NCBI GenBank assembly: GCA_963663765.2
Contig: CAXXUA010000004.1
Location: 128,001-192,000, forward strand
Direction: 5' to 3'
DNA: 64,000 bases
From: Candidatus Poribacteria bacterium
GTDB taxonomy: Bacteria; Poribacteria; WGA-4E; WGA-3G
Positions 18,971-29,397 of the stretch are shown here, one piece after another. The translations under genes were made by a program, and so were the position numbers. Position 1 is the first letter of the stretch. Each line of letters begins with the position of its first letter. Below the pieces are notes generated by a model, which was not told where the DNA came from, did not search any database, and saw only the letters and a program-made list of their open reading frames with translations.

Positions 18971-21160
18971 TTAATATTCAACATCATGCTCAGGAAAATC
19001 ATCCATCTCGTCCACTTCATCATCTTTAGTTTCTAATATAGATTGAGCAACTTTTCCTCTAATATCTTCTAAATCGCGATCTATCTGTACTTCGTTAATA
19101 AGAAATGATTTCTTAAAGGCATTTTTTACTGCTTGAAAAGCTCTATCATCAAGGGTTTTCTGAATTTCTACTTTTTTTCTATCAGCAGGTGGAAATTCCT
19201 TTTCCCATCTTTTATATAACATTTCGTACATCTTCGGTCTCCATTTTTTTTGGACTACCTCAATACTTTCCGTTTCTACATCCTTTTGTCCACTTAAAAG
19301 CTCAAGAATAAGATACCTAAAGAAATAGCCATCTGATGGGTTTATACCACCACCAGGTGCATAAATGTATCTTAAACTTTCAGATTCTGGATTATTATCA
19401 AACAATATTTCCTTTGCACCTATATTATTTTTAAATTTTTCATTGAGACGATCAATCCATTTATCCACGTAACTTATAAAATCCTGATTTTCTGTAATAC
19501 CTAATCTAGCCTTAAGATAAGCAAATGCCATGAACATGCCGGACTGAAAAGCATTTGATCCGAAACAGTCGAATAATGAATTTACTTTTCTAATTTGGTT
19601 CTTATCTGGTTTCGTATTAAGTTGAAGGTACAACCTTGTTCGGCATATTTTAAATTCTTCTTCTATTGCTTTCAAAACTTCCCAAGCTTTTTGAATGTCA
19701 GATTTTACTCCATCCTTTTTCTCATTATCTTGTTTAGTCTTTCTCTTTTGCTTTTGGTCTAATGTGTGTCGTAGTCCTTGCCCCTCAACAAGAGCAATAT
19801 AAGCAATTTTGTTTTCTCTAATATGGCGTTCACAAGTTTCAAGGGTGGTATCAACAGCTTCAATATGTTTTGAGAAAGGATAAAAGTTACTTAATGAATT
19901 TACCATTACTCGTCCCCATCCTTCCTCAAAACATTGACGGAACTTAACTTCACCTTGTCTTGGATAATTGTTATACGTAATATTTGATATCTCAATGCCG
20001 TATTGCTCTTTTTCTTTTTCTGTCAACTTAGCTTCCAAGTTCAATTCCCTACGAAGGCGCTCATTATTTTCTGCAGGTCTTCCACTTCCATATTGCGCCA
20101 ATGGGTTCCATATAGTTTCATCCCTTGTTAGTAGTATAGACCTGAGAGTGCTGTAAATACTGTAAACATTAGTTAGGGCAAGAGGGCGAGTGGTAGGAAT
20201 TTTATCATGTGGATTGTCATATTCAGTGTGATGCAATTGAAGCATATTGGTTTCAGTATTTTGCTTCACCATATTGAATAGTTGACGAGTAAAACAGGCT
20301 ACTAGATCTGTGTCATCTAGGAGAATCTCACGAGCTTTTGATGGTTGACGAGCATTCCGGTTGACATCAAGAAAAAGTCTACGACAAGCTGTTGTCAAGT
20401 TCCTTTCTTCATCTATTTGACCTTGGTCTGCTTGATTCCCTAAAGTTAGTTCAGGGAAATATGCAATACAAACGGGTAGGTGAATTTGATGAAGAATGGA
20501 TTTATCTGATATATCATCCAAGTTGATTTCTTTGTAAAAATATTGAAACCCATTTCCATCCCATTTATTTGATATACCCCGATATGCTGCTAACATTGCC
20601 ATAGCACGATGCTGTCCATCTACTATAACAAGTTTTGCCTGTGTAGGATGAATACATAGATCTACGGAAGATTGTGCCAATTGTCCATCTAATCCCTTTT
20701 CACGTTTCACCGAAAAAACGTTACCATATTTAAAAACTTGAAGTGGTACCTCATCTTCCTCATCCGGTATTTCAATACATTTAGGATAAAGTTCATTCAT
20801 ATTTTCACCTTTCATGGGAACTATAATAGCTAATATAGGTGGAAAAAATCTAGGTTCAGAGAATACCTCTCCAGGGTATTTATTACCTAGCAGATAAGGC
20901 ACCATTTCTTCAGAGACTCGATAATCATCAAGATCACGTTGAAGTAAATGATCAAAACTTAGATCGTTTAAACTAAATACTTCACGAACAGGAACAAGTA
21001 GATCAAGAAGTTGCCCATTTGGGGTGTTACCTTCATCAAGTGATGCATATGTTAGAATATATTCAACTGTTAAATTTGCATTAGGGACTTTAAAATGTCC
21101 TAATACACCACGCACATCAATAGTGGCGGGGGGTTTAGTAAGATTAGATCTTCTCTGCAT
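18971..21160 (-). CDS. DGQHR/DndB-like ParB-fold protein, 729 aa
   Basis: LLQRDLDDYRV, RFFPPILA, IVDGQHRAMA and LFLDVNRNA motifs. Confidence 0.85.
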   Translation of the reverse strand: MQRRSNLTKPPATIDVRGVLGHFKVPNANLTVEYILTYASLDEGNTPNGQLLDLLVPVREVFSLNDLSFDHLLQRDLDDYRVSEEMVPYLLGNKYPGEVFSEPRFFPPILAIIVPMKGENMNELYPKCIEIPDEEDEVPLQVFKYGNVFSVKREKGLDGQLAQSSVDLCIHPTQAKLVIVDGQHRAMAMLAAYRGISNKWDGNGFQYFYKEINLDDISDKSILHQIHLPVCIAYFPELTLGNQADQGQIDEERNLTTACRRLFLDVNRNARQPSKAREILLDDTDLVACFTRQLFNMVKQNTETNMLQLHHTEYDNPHDKIPTTRPLALTNVYSIYSTLRSILLTRDETIWNPLAQYGSGRPAENNERLRRELNLEAKLTEKEKEQYGIEISNITYNNYPRQGEVKFRQCFEEGWGRVMVNSLSNFYPFSKHIEAVDTTLETCERHIRENKIAYIALVEGQGLRHTLDQKQKRKTKQDNEKKDGVKSDIQKAWEVLKAIEEEFKICRTRLYLQLNTKPDKNQIRKVNSLFDCFGSNAFQSGMFMAFAYLKARLGITENQDFISYVDKWIDRLNEKFKNNIGAKEILFDNNPESESLRYIYAPGGGINPSDGYFFRYLILELLSGQKDVETESIEVVQKKWRPKMYEMLYKRWEKEFPPADRKKVEIQKTLDDRAFQAVKNAFKKSFLINEVQIDRDLEDIRGKVAQSILETKDDEVDEMDDFPEHDVEY

Positions 21161-21162
21161 AG

Positions 21163-21846
21163 TTATCTCCTACCTAAAATAGGGTAAAACATCCTATTTA
21201 GTAATGTTTCAGTAACCTTTATGGTTTCAATTAATCTTTCATCTGACAGTTGTGGGTGAGATACGTAGGTAATGCTAACAGCAAGATGATTAGGATCAAT
21301 TTTTCTCTCTAATATCCGCTGTGCAAAGTTCTTATCGTTTTGTAAAGCCAACTTACTATCAACAGAATTATTTGGTGTTTCAACATCCAGATGCTCTGTC
21401 TGTTCTTGATATTCTTTGCGATATTTTTGAATAAGTTGTGTGTGTCCTCTTAAACGTTGTTGAAGATTCTTTGACACTCCGATGTATAAAGGTCCAGTGA
21501 ATAGTGGGACAACCGACTCTAAAATTTCACTAACTATCTCTCTTTCTTCAATCTGATTAAGAACTTCCTCAAACTTTTTGGAAAAAGGTCTTTCATCATG
21601 TCCGTACCAAATATGTCTCAAATCTCCATTCAGTTTCATACTGAAATGTCCCCGCAGCTGCATAGCTAGAGTTGGATAGCAAAGTTGTTCATTTATTCTC
21701 TTGAGTGCTTTTACAAAATTATCAGATGATTTTATATTGCTTTTTCCTGGGACAATTCTAAGGTACCAAGCATAAATACCTGGTTTCGCTTCAACTGCAG
21801 GCAATTCTCCAAAGGATAACAATTTATCAGAGGTATTGAGATTCAT
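21163..21846 (-). CDS. GIY-YIG-like nuclease
   Basis: PGIYAWY ... PLYIGVSKNLQQRLRGH ... ETLLNRMFYP. Confidence 0.7.
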   Translation of the reverse strand: MNLNTSDKLLSFGELPAVEAKPGIYAWYLRIVPGKSNIKSSDNFVKALKRINEQLCYPTLAMQLRGHFSMKLNGDLRHIWYGHDERPFSKKFEEVLNQIEEREIVSEILESVVPLFTGPLYIGVSKNLQQRLRGHTQLIQKYRKEYQEQTEHLDVETPNNSVDSKLALQNDKNFAQRILERKIDPNHLAVSITYVSHPQLSDERLIETIKVTETLLNRMFYPILGRR

Positions 21847-21875
21847 TGATTACTTTATTGAGATAAGATCTAGTG

Positions 21876-22694
21876 TTATTTATGACAAACCAAACAAGGT
21901 TCCTCGTCATCTTCGTCATCGTGAACATCAGTAAGAATTTCTATTAGGCGACGATTCGGTTTTTCCTTTTTCTTGAATGCTTTCGCCTGCTCGGTGCGTT
22001 CCTTGATTTGTGCCATCCGTTCTGGGTCTGCTAATTCCTCAAGACTTTCACCCTGACTCCATGTGAATCGTTCACCTGTTTCTGTGTTGAATTTCTCGTA
22101 ACTCTTGGCAAGTTCAAATAGGTCGGGGTGTTGCTCTAAGAGTCCCACCCATTCGGATTTGCGTTGGAAGAAGCAGAAGTAGCACCCGGACCGCGTACGC
22201 CAGTTGTAATAGTCGGGTAGACCGAGTCCGCTCTCCTCCAGGATTCGGAAAACGTCCACTTTGTTGATGCCATCCTCTTTGAATGGATATTTGGGGAGTA
22301 TGTTTTGTAGGGCAGTTGTTTTTAAGGGTTTGTAACCGACACGATCCTCGTCTGCACGGATAGCGACGTAGTTATATGCATTATCTTTACCTACGTACTC
22401 TTCAAAAGGTCTAATTTTGAGTTTGATGGTACACCAACGAACTTGTGAGGATGGTAACAAACCACCGTGTAATGTCAACCAGTGGTCAAAATCGCGTTCT
22501 ATGTTGAGTCGTGCGATTGGTTTTCCGAGGAAAGCTTCAAGGCGATCTAAAAAATCGTAGGTCTCTGGCAATTCTTTTCCAGTATCGGTGAAGAAGTATT
22601 CCATTTCTGGCACTCTCTCTCGCATGTAGACTGCAAGTGCTGAACTGTCTTTTCCACCAGATAAACCGAGAAGATGACGTGTTTTTTTTGCCAT
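21876..22694 (-). CDS. sspD: PAPS-reductase family protein SspD, copy 2
   Basis: SGGKDS PP-loop, RWCTIKLKIRP, RSGCYFCFFQ and a C-terminal CLVC. Confidence 0.88.
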   Translation of the reverse strand: MAKKTRHLLGLSGGKDSSALAVYMRERVPEMEYFFTDTGKELPETYDFLDRLEAFLGKPIARLNIERDFDHWLTLHGGLLPSSQVRWCTIKLKIRPFEEYVGKDNAYNYVAIRADEDRVGYKPLKTTALQNILPKYPFKEDGINKVDVFRILEESGLGLPDYYNWRTRSGCYFCFFQRKSEWVGLLEQHPDLFELAKSYEKFNTETGERFTWSQGESLEELADPERMAQIKERTEQAKAFKKKEKPNRRLIEILTDVHDDEDDEEPCLVCHK

Positions 22695-22739
22695 TTTACT
22701 CTCCTAAGATATGTTTGTTGTATTACTGCGTTGTTTTCT

Positions 22740-22874
22740 TTAGGCGACAAGTCTACCTGCAAAGTATTTACGGTCGGGTCCTACCTTTCGCACCCGTAAC
22801 TTTTTTAAGTCATATTCGGGCAAAAGATCGTCTTTCATTGTTGCATTATCCTTTTTCATAATCTTCTTTTCCAT
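22740..22874 (-). pseudogene. Truncated BrnA-like antitoxin fragment
   Basis: MKDDLLPEYDLKKLRVRKVGP N-terminus; the C-terminal half is absent. Confidence 0.45.
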
Positions 22875-23005
22875 ACAATTTATTATACCATAAGTCCCAG
22901 AAAAAATCAATATATACAGAGGCATTGGCAGGGTTATTTAGTTTTAGGTGGGATCTATAGTTATATTGTGATAGGACAGGTATTTGTTTTGTCCAGTTTG
23001 TCAAT

Positions 23006-23393
23006 TCAACTGAGTCCCTGTTCCAATTTTTCCTGAATATCTTCAGACAACCTTGTATTTTCTTGAACTGTATCACTTGTGGTACCGTCTTGAATACTCT
23101 CATCTGAAAGTTTTTCATACTTTGCCATCCGCTCCATGCTCTCTTTTCGAACACTAAATCTGATACCCTTGAAGATGCCGTTGTTATTATTCCTCAGTTC
23201 TTCAAGGGGTGCTGCTAACGACTTTGCTGATATGTAAAATTGATACTCAGTGTCCGTCCTAATTTCTTGAACTCAAAGGAAAGGGGCATATCCAAAAGTT
23301 GCAAGTATAACATCTGCATCAGAAATTATTTCTAATTCTATCCATTCGGTATTGACTTTTAAAAACGGTGGTAATTCTTTCTACATAGTTCAT
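23006..23393 (-). pseudogene. Disrupted hypothetical gene downstream of the pbeD-like gene
   Basis: KELPPFLKVNTEWIELEII..GYAPFL*VQEI..FYISAKSLAAPLEELR, with a frameshift after codon 4 and TGA at 23275-73. Confidence 0.6.
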
Positions 23394-23443
23394 ACTTCTC
23401 TTAATTGTACTAAAATTTGGGCGGTTCCTGTGAGGTTACAGAA

Positions 23444-23947
23444 TCATAGCAGGGCTTCGGCGAGTCGTGCATGATCTGACGGTTCCTCTGTAAAAGTATC
23501 AGAGTGCAGTAGTTTTTCAAAGGAATCGGAGAGGTTCCATATTGGTGTTTGAGGTCCTTCGTTTAGCATTTTCACGATGTGCGGAACGCCTGCGGCTGCG
23601 AGACCGTTAGCAATGTCCATCATCCCGCGTGCGCTGAGGACAATCTCTAAGTTTCCTTTCACGGCTATCGCAATTAACATTATCGCTTGCGCCTGCCAAC
23701 CATCAGTGTTAAAAATTTCGCCACTAATAATGCTAACGGTTTTTTCTTTTGATAAATCAATCTTTTTAAGATCCTTACGCGCTGCTAGCGAGAGTCCAGC
23801 AAACCACAGATCAACCTTCCGTGGAAACGGACTTTTATCTGATTTTGTGCGCTGTCCTGCTTGGCAGTATTGATCATAGTCTGACTGCTGCGAAGTCGGT
23901 GATATAATTTGCATATTGCGAAAAGGATTATCGTATTGTAGTGTCAT
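23444..23947 (-). CDS. PbeD-like small protein
   Basis: 167 aa, overlapping the ATPase stop; fourth gene of the PLD-helicase/small/ATPase/small unit. Confidence 0.55.
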   Translation of the reverse strand: MTLQYDNPFRNMQIISPTSQQSDYDQYCQAGQRTKSDKSPFPRKVDLWFAGLSLAARKDLKKIDLSKEKTVSIISGEIFNTDGWQAQAIMLIAIAVKGNLEIVLSARGMMDIANGLAAAGVPHIVKMLNEGPQTPIWNLSDSFEKLLHSDTFTEEPSDHARLAEALL

Positions 23948-26055
23948 ATCAAATTCCTAAGAGTCCTTTGTTGGATTTCTACTTCAACATCCGTTCGTCT
24001 CTTACACATTTTGCATTCCCCGAGGTCCGCGCAAGGACATCGGAGTGCCTGAGGTTCGTTTATATGTGGATCGTTCACTAATATGTTTGGGTAGTGTGCC
24101 GAATTTGTAATAGTTATCACATGTTCTGCTTCATCTGCTATAATATCTTCACAGTCTTTAATTTCAGAGCGCGTCAAAAAGAGGATAAGTTGTGAACTTT
24201 CTTTGACGGCGGTTTTGAGAACAGAACGTTTTACAAACCCATCCATCATTCCGAGTGGTGTGTCGATCACGTTAGGGGCTTCCACTTCACTCACCTGAGT
24301 AAGAGCGAAAATAAATGCAAGCGTTAGTGCGCGTCGGGAGGCACCGTTTAAATCTCTATCGGGATTCAAAGCGCGTTCATTGGGTCCGTAGACGAGAATA
24401 TCAAAATCTTTACTGATTTTGGCTTTCTGAATGATTGAACCCTGTTCAGCATCCGCACCGATCATTTCCAAAAAGAGATTGTTCATCAACTGACTCACTT
24501 TTTGCAATTCTTCGTTTGTGATTCGGTTGTAGGAATTCTGAAAGATTTGCGATATGTCACGCGTAGCATCTAATTTGGCTAATATCCGTGTTCCTCTCCT
24601 ATGCTTGTTTATAAGGTTTTTATGCGTAGCTGTCAAGGACCTTTGCCGTTCCTTCAGACGTTCGAGTTCTCTTTCATGATCTATACGGGTGTCATTCAAA
24701 GATTTACGTTGAGCAATGTACTGCTGCTTAGTAGAGCGAAGTTTTTGAATGTCGGTGTTCCCTATATCCTCAAGTTGGACTTCAAGTGCTGCGAGCTCCT
24801 TTTCTAATTCCTCGCGTTGCCTGTCAAGTTCATCATGATGCATCGAGATTCTTTTGTACTCAGCACCCCAGTGTTTGTCATTTGTGTCATCCTTTGGATT
24901 CAGGACTAATGAGCCGTAATAGAGGTCGGTAAGACATTTTTGGAGTTCGTCCGCGCTCCGACTCTCCGTAATCAGTCGTTCAATATGTTCTCTACGACGC
25001 TTCCCGTCTTCTGATTGTTTATCCAACGCCTCTCCACAGATGCAGGTAACACCTATAAGTCGTTCTACAAGCACCGGGATCGTTAGGCTCGGGAGCTTCC
25101 CCTGATCGCGCAGTTCATTCAATTTCTCAAAACTTAGTTCTAAAACCGGCGCAAGCAGATCTCGGAATAGCGTTGGATTTCTAAAGAGTTGTGAATGTTC
25201 GGATGCCAGTTTTTCTTCTCTATCTCTGATACGATTTAGTTCTGTCTCTGCCTTTTTCAATTTACGATTAAGTTCCTCTTGGTCTCCCTTGACTAATGCC
25301 GCTTCAATATCTCTATCAATCTCAGTTAAACTTTGATTTACTTCATCAAACTGCTGTTTTGCATCGTCTCTTTCATTTTCAACAAGTTCGATCTTTTTAT
25401 CGATTTCCTCCAATTTCGTAGCAATTTGGGCGAGTTCTGTATCAGATGCGAGATTCTTTGAGTTTTTATTGAGACCAGCAATCGTCTTTTTTAAATGATC
25501 AAGAGCAGCCTCAATCACATCAAGTTCTAACAACGAGCGAATAGCTTCCTGAACCTGTTCACGTTTGGCTTTTAACGAGTCCGATTCAATGAAGCTGAGT
25601 GCTCTGTCTCCGTCGGTGAAAAATACCTCGCGCAAATTAGGAGGTAAAAATAATCGTGATATCTGTGCTTCTGGATGTTTAATACGGTCACACCCGGTTT
25701 CTGACAGTTCAAATAATTCAATTTTTGGGTTTAGTCTGTTCCCATCCGTTGTTTCCTCTACCGAACGAATAAGTCGGTATCGATTCGTTACCTCAAAATC
25801 CACTTGCACGGATATCGGAATTGGCCTTCCGTCCGGAACGTTCCAATCAATTGGGAATAGGCGATATCCTTTACCCCTGTTTGGTAATGCGTTATCACCA
25901 TAGAGAGCCCACTGAAGCGCGTTTAAGATAGTCGTTTTGCCGCTTTCATTTGAGGCTCGAATTACCGTCAGTTTTTTGTCGTCCCTTGTGGAAAAATCTA
26001 ACCTGAGATCTCGTAGCAGACGAAAGTTTTGAAATTTCGCGCAAATTAGTTTCAT
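23944..26055 (-). CDS. PbeC/DndD-like SMC-type ATPase with CxC hook
   Basis: ASNESGKTT, FFTDGD, coiled coil with CICG, LNGASRR and IDTPLG motifs. Confidence 0.8.
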   Translation of the reverse strand: MKLICAKFQNFRLLRDLRLDFSTRDDKKLTVIRASNESGKTTILNALQWALYGDNALPNRGKGYRLFPIDWNVPDGRPIPISVQVDFEVTNRYRLIRSVEETTDGNRLNPKIELFELSETGCDRIKHPEAQISRLFLPPNLREVFFTDGDRALSFIESDSLKAKREQVQEAIRSLLELDVIEAALDHLKKTIAGLNKNSKNLASDTELAQIATKLEEIDKKIELVENERDDAKQQFDEVNQSLTEIDRDIEAALVKGDQEELNRKLKKAETELNRIRDREEKLASEHSQLFRNPTLFRDLLAPVLELSFEKLNELRDQGKLPSLTIPVLVERLIGVTCICGEALDKQSEDGKRRREHIERLITESRSADELQKCLTDLYYGSLVLNPKDDTNDKHWGAEYKRISMHHDELDRQREELEKELAALEVQLEDIGNTDIQKLRSTKQQYIAQRKSLNDTRIDHERELERLKERQRSLTATHKNLINKHRRGTRILAKLDATRDISQIFQNSYNRITNEELQKVSQLMNNLFLEMIGADAEQGSIIQKAKISKDFDILVYGPNERALNPDRDLNGASRRALTLAFIFALTQVSEVEAPNVIDTPLGMMDGFVKRSVLKTAVKESSQLILFLTRSEIKDCEDIIADEAEHVITITNSAHYPNILVNDPHINEPQALRCPCADLGECKMCKRRTDVEVEIQQRTLRNLI

Positions 26056-26309
26056 TGGGTAACCTCTGTCGTTAAGTTGTCTATATCGCGTTTCTTGGTA
26101 AGAAAATCACCAGCTACATGGCATGCATCGTCTACTTGTTGTTGGATATTTGTTTTTTGCCCTTTATGCTCTCTTTCAGCATTAAGAATTTCAACTATCG
26201 CGTCAAGAACTTTTTTCCTGTAACCGTCGCGTCTTTCCTCAATAGATTCACATTCATTGAGAATTAGTTTTACCATTTTTTCCTTGTTAAATGACATAGT
26301 ATCCTCCAC
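26052..26309 (-). CDS. PbeB-like small protein
   Basis: About 81-85 aa, helical, translationally coupled between the helicase and the ATPase. Confidence 0.6.
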   Translation of the reverse strand: MEDTMSFNKEKMVKLILNECESIEERRDGYRKKVLDAIVEILNAEREHKGQKTNIQQQVDDACHVAGDFLTKKRDIDNLTTEVTQ

Positions 26310-28435
26310 TATGTGTAAAGGGTTTTTACCAGTTGGTCGAGATGGTTTAAAGGCCCATCCGGTCTACCAAAGTTTTTCGCAAGGTAAGCAAACGCTTGGA
26401 TTCGCTTGAGTTCTGCCTCGATTAACGCACGGGCACCAGCGTCAATGTTGTTTAAATCAGGGGGTAAAACTACGAAATCATGAATTTCACTGTGTGTTTT
26501 GCCCGTTTTGTTACACATGCGGAGAAGCCTCCCGCGCCGCTGCACCCATTGCCGCTCTACTGTAGTGCTTGCAAGGATGAACGCTTTTTCGATCTGTGGA
26601 ATGTTAACGCCTTCATCAAGCACACGCTTTGCAGTCAGTACCTGCAAGGTCCCTTCTTGGAATGATCGAATAATCTCACTCGTCTTTTTATAGTCTGCAG
26701 TTTCTATATGAGTGAGTTGACGAAAGAGAACGTTGTGTTTGTTCAATAAAGCGTTGACATCTTTCAGCTGCTGGGGTGCCTTGTCAGACGTGTAAATCAA
26801 CATATACCGGAGTCTGTCGAAATCCTCGCGTTGCATTAAAACATTTTCTAACACAGTAATTTTATTTTCCGCATTTTCCAAGATAGCCCGTCTGTCTCTT
26901 AGTAGTTTCAGGAGATATTCGTTGTCAATGTCACTGCTCTCCTGTCGCCATGCATTTTTCCCAATCTTTTCCGTGAGATCGTACCATTTTTCCATTTCAT
27001 CTACCGTGAGTTCAACAGGATGGACATAGTATTCATATTCTACAAGGCATTTTCCAATTGCTTCTTCAAGTGTAAATTGAATAACAATAGGTCCAAAAAA
27101 TGAAAATAGTTCGTCAGTTCCATATTCGTCGTATTGACGAATTGGGGTTGCAGATAAACCTAACCTATAATCAAAGAAGTCGGGCGGATCTGCTATGAAT
27201 CCCTCACTTCCGAGGTTATGGACTTCATCCGCGATAAGCAAAGTGTTACAGTCAAATTTCTGAAGTTCAGTTTTAAAATCGCTGTTACAAAGTGTGCGGT
27301 GCGTAACTACGACTCCCTCAACAGTACTGCTGCCGTTTCGGAGTCTCCGTCTGAGTTTGTTAAGTTCAAGTGCCCGTCCCTTTGCTCCATTCACCTCGGT
27401 TAGATTAACTGCCTTGAGTCCAAATGGTGTAATTTCATCACACCACTGTTGAATGAGGGGAACATAAGGTACTGCAACAGCGATGAGGAGCGGTTTCTGC
27501 ATTTCATAAAGTCTATGTGCACAAACCATAGCAGTGATAGTTTTTCCTGAACCCGTTGCCATTTCTAGTACACCCCGATAACCAGCTTCGCACCAAGCAT
27601 TGACAGCTTTGCCTTGATGTTCAAAAGGCCCTTCATCAAATTGCAGGTATGATGGAATAGCAAATGAAGGACATGGCGACTTACTGATATCGTAAGTTAC
27701 TTCGGATTCTTCTATTGAGTTCGTTGTATCTTCGTAGAGTGTACGGAGATCACCTTCTGTTGGCGGGGTATCTGAACGGTAGGTTTTCAATAGATTTTCC
27801 TTAATTGCTTGTGGCATTGAAATGACGGTACAACTTTCATCTTTATTTGCCCAGAGTTGTTTGAACTGGTCACAAAATCTTTCTGCGGTATACTGCTGGT
27901 TAGTGTCCTCCCATGATTTGGATATAGAAATTTGCTCAATGTTTTTCTGAATACCAGCATACGTCATATTGCTCGATCCGTGTGCTGCTATTACATCATC
28001 ATGTTCGGTAAAGAGCCAAACTTTCGGGTGGAAAAGGGCATTTTCCATCAAGGAAATTCTAATTTTAATCCTTCCATGACGTAACATCCACGAAAGACAT
28101 TTCAGCGTATGTTGCTCAACGAAGTCTTCAGAAAAAATAATGTCTTTTAAAACCTCGCTTGCGATTTCTTCTGGAGAAACTATACCTTCTTTTATAGCAT
28201 TCTGATCTTCATAACTAAGAATAGGATTGATAACTAAGCGAAAACTTCCCTTAGATTCGTTTATAAAGGTTGCTAAACCTGGAGCAAGTGACACCAAAAC
28301 CTTGCTAGAGAAGAAACCTATCATACAATCAACACGTGTTGCAGATTTGAAACACGGAATTAGCACTTCTTTGGGAAATGGCTCTTTTGGCAATATGTAT
28401 AGTGGTCGAATCTTAGAAATTGTTCGAAACTTCAC
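26309..28435 (-). CDS. PbeA-like PLD nuclease plus DEAD/DEAH helicase
   Basis: FHPKVW..HGSSNMT (PLD), MATGSGKT, IADEVH, LSATP, LDEGVNIP and QRRGRLLR motifs. Confidence 0.85.
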   Translation of the reverse strand: MKFRTISKIRPLYILPKEPFPKEVLIPCFKSATRVDCMIGFFSSKVLVSLAPGLATFINESKGSFRLVINPILSYEDQNAIKEGIVSPEEIASEVLKDIIFSEDFVEQHTLKCLSWMLRHGRIKIRISLMENALFHPKVWLFTEHDDVIAAHGSSNMTYAGIQKNIEQISISKSWEDTNQQYTAERFCDQFKQLWANKDESCTVISMPQAIKENLLKTYRSDTPPTEGDLRTLYEDTTNSIEESEVTYDISKSPCPSFAIPSYLQFDEGPFEHQGKAVNAWCEAGYRGVLEMATGSGKTITAMVCAHRLYEMQKPLLIAVAVPYVPLIQQWCDEITPFGLKAVNLTEVNGAKGRALELNKLRRRLRNGSSTVEGVVVTHRTLCNSDFKTELQKFDCNTLLIADEVHNLGSEGFIADPPDFFDYRLGLSATPIRQYDEYGTDELFSFFGPIVIQFTLEEAIGKCLVEYEYYVHPVELTVDEMEKWYDLTEKIGKNAWRQESSDIDNEYLLKLLRDRRAILENAENKITVLENVLMQREDFDRLRYMLIYTSDKAPQQLKDVNALLNKHNVLFRQLTHIETADYKKTSEIIRSFQEGTLQVLTAKRVLDEGVNIPQIEKAFILASTTVERQWVQRRGRLLRMCNKTGKTHSEIHDFVVLPPDLNNIDAGARALIEAELKRIQAFAYLAKNFGRPDGPLNHLDQLVKTLYT

Positions 28436-28476
28436 CTATTGTCACTTTCCTTTCAACGCATTGTATTTTAATCTTT

Positions 28477-29295
28477 CTATTTATGACAAACTAAACAAGG
28501 TTCCTCGTCATCTTCATCATCGTGAACATCGGTAAGAATTTCTATTAGGCGACGATTCGGTTTTTCCTTTTTCTTGGATTTCTTTGCTTGTTCGGTGCGT
28601 TCCTTGATTTGTGCTATCCGTTCTGGGTCTGCTAATTCCTCTAAACTTTCACCCTGACTCCACGTGAATCGTTCACCTGTTTCTGTGTTGAATTTCTCGT
28701 AACTCTTAGCGAGTTCAAACAGGTCGGGGTGTTGCTCTAAGAGTCCTACCCATTCGGATTTGCGTTGGAAGAAGCAGAAGTAGCACCCGGAACGCGTGCG
28801 CCAGTTGTAATAGTCGGGTAGACCGAGTCCGCTCTCCTCAAGGATTCGGAAAACGTCTTCTTTGGTAATGCCATCCTCTTTGAATGGATATTTAGGGAGT
28901 ATGTTTTGGAGGGCGGTCGTTTTTAAGGGTTTGTAACCGATACGATCCTCATCAGCACGAATAGCGACGTAGTTATATGCATTATCTTTACCTACGTACT
29001 CTTCAAAAGGTCTGATTTTGAGTTTAATTGTGCACCAACGGACTTGTGAGGATGGTAACAAACCACCGTGTAGTGTTAACCAGTGGTCAAAATCGCGTTC
29101 TATGTTGAGTCGTGCGATTGGTTTTCCGAGGAAAGCTTCAAGGCGGTCTAAAAAATCGTAAGTTTCTGGCAGTTCTTTTCCGGTATCGGTAAAGAAGTAT
29201 TCCATCTCTGGCACTCTGTCTCGCATGTAGACAGCAAGTGCTGAACTGTCTTTTCCACCTGATAAACCGAGAAGATGCCGAAATATTTTTGCCAT
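28477..29295 (-). CDS. sspD: PAPS-reductase family protein SspD, copy 1
   Basis: Same motifs as 21876-22694; lies directly downstream of the DUF4007 and ATPase genes. Confidence 0.9.
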   Translation of the reverse strand: MAKIFRHLLGLSGGKDSSALAVYMRDRVPEMEYFFTDTGKELPETYDFLDRLEAFLGKPIARLNIERDFDHWLTLHGGLLPSSQVRWCTIKLKIRPFEEYVGKDNAYNYVAIRADEDRIGYKPLKTTALQNILPKYPFKEDGITKEDVFRILEESGLGLPDYYNWRTRSGCYFCFFQRKSEWVGLLEQHPDLFELAKSYEKFNTETGERFTWSQGESLEELADPERIAQIKERTEQAKKSKKKEKPNRRLIEILTDVHDDEDDEEPCLVCHK

Positions 29296-29397
29296 TTTGT
29301 CCCCTCAATAGATTTATTATATCCTTGATTTATTATATCCTTGTTAATTATGACATGCTAATTAAAATAAGTCAAGAACCATTATTATCATTTTGTG

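Noticed and set aside
23944-26055. Classical DndBCDE cluster
   Set aside because: The PAPS reductases are short SspD-type proteins beside DUF4007, and the ATPase sits in a PLD-helicase operon.
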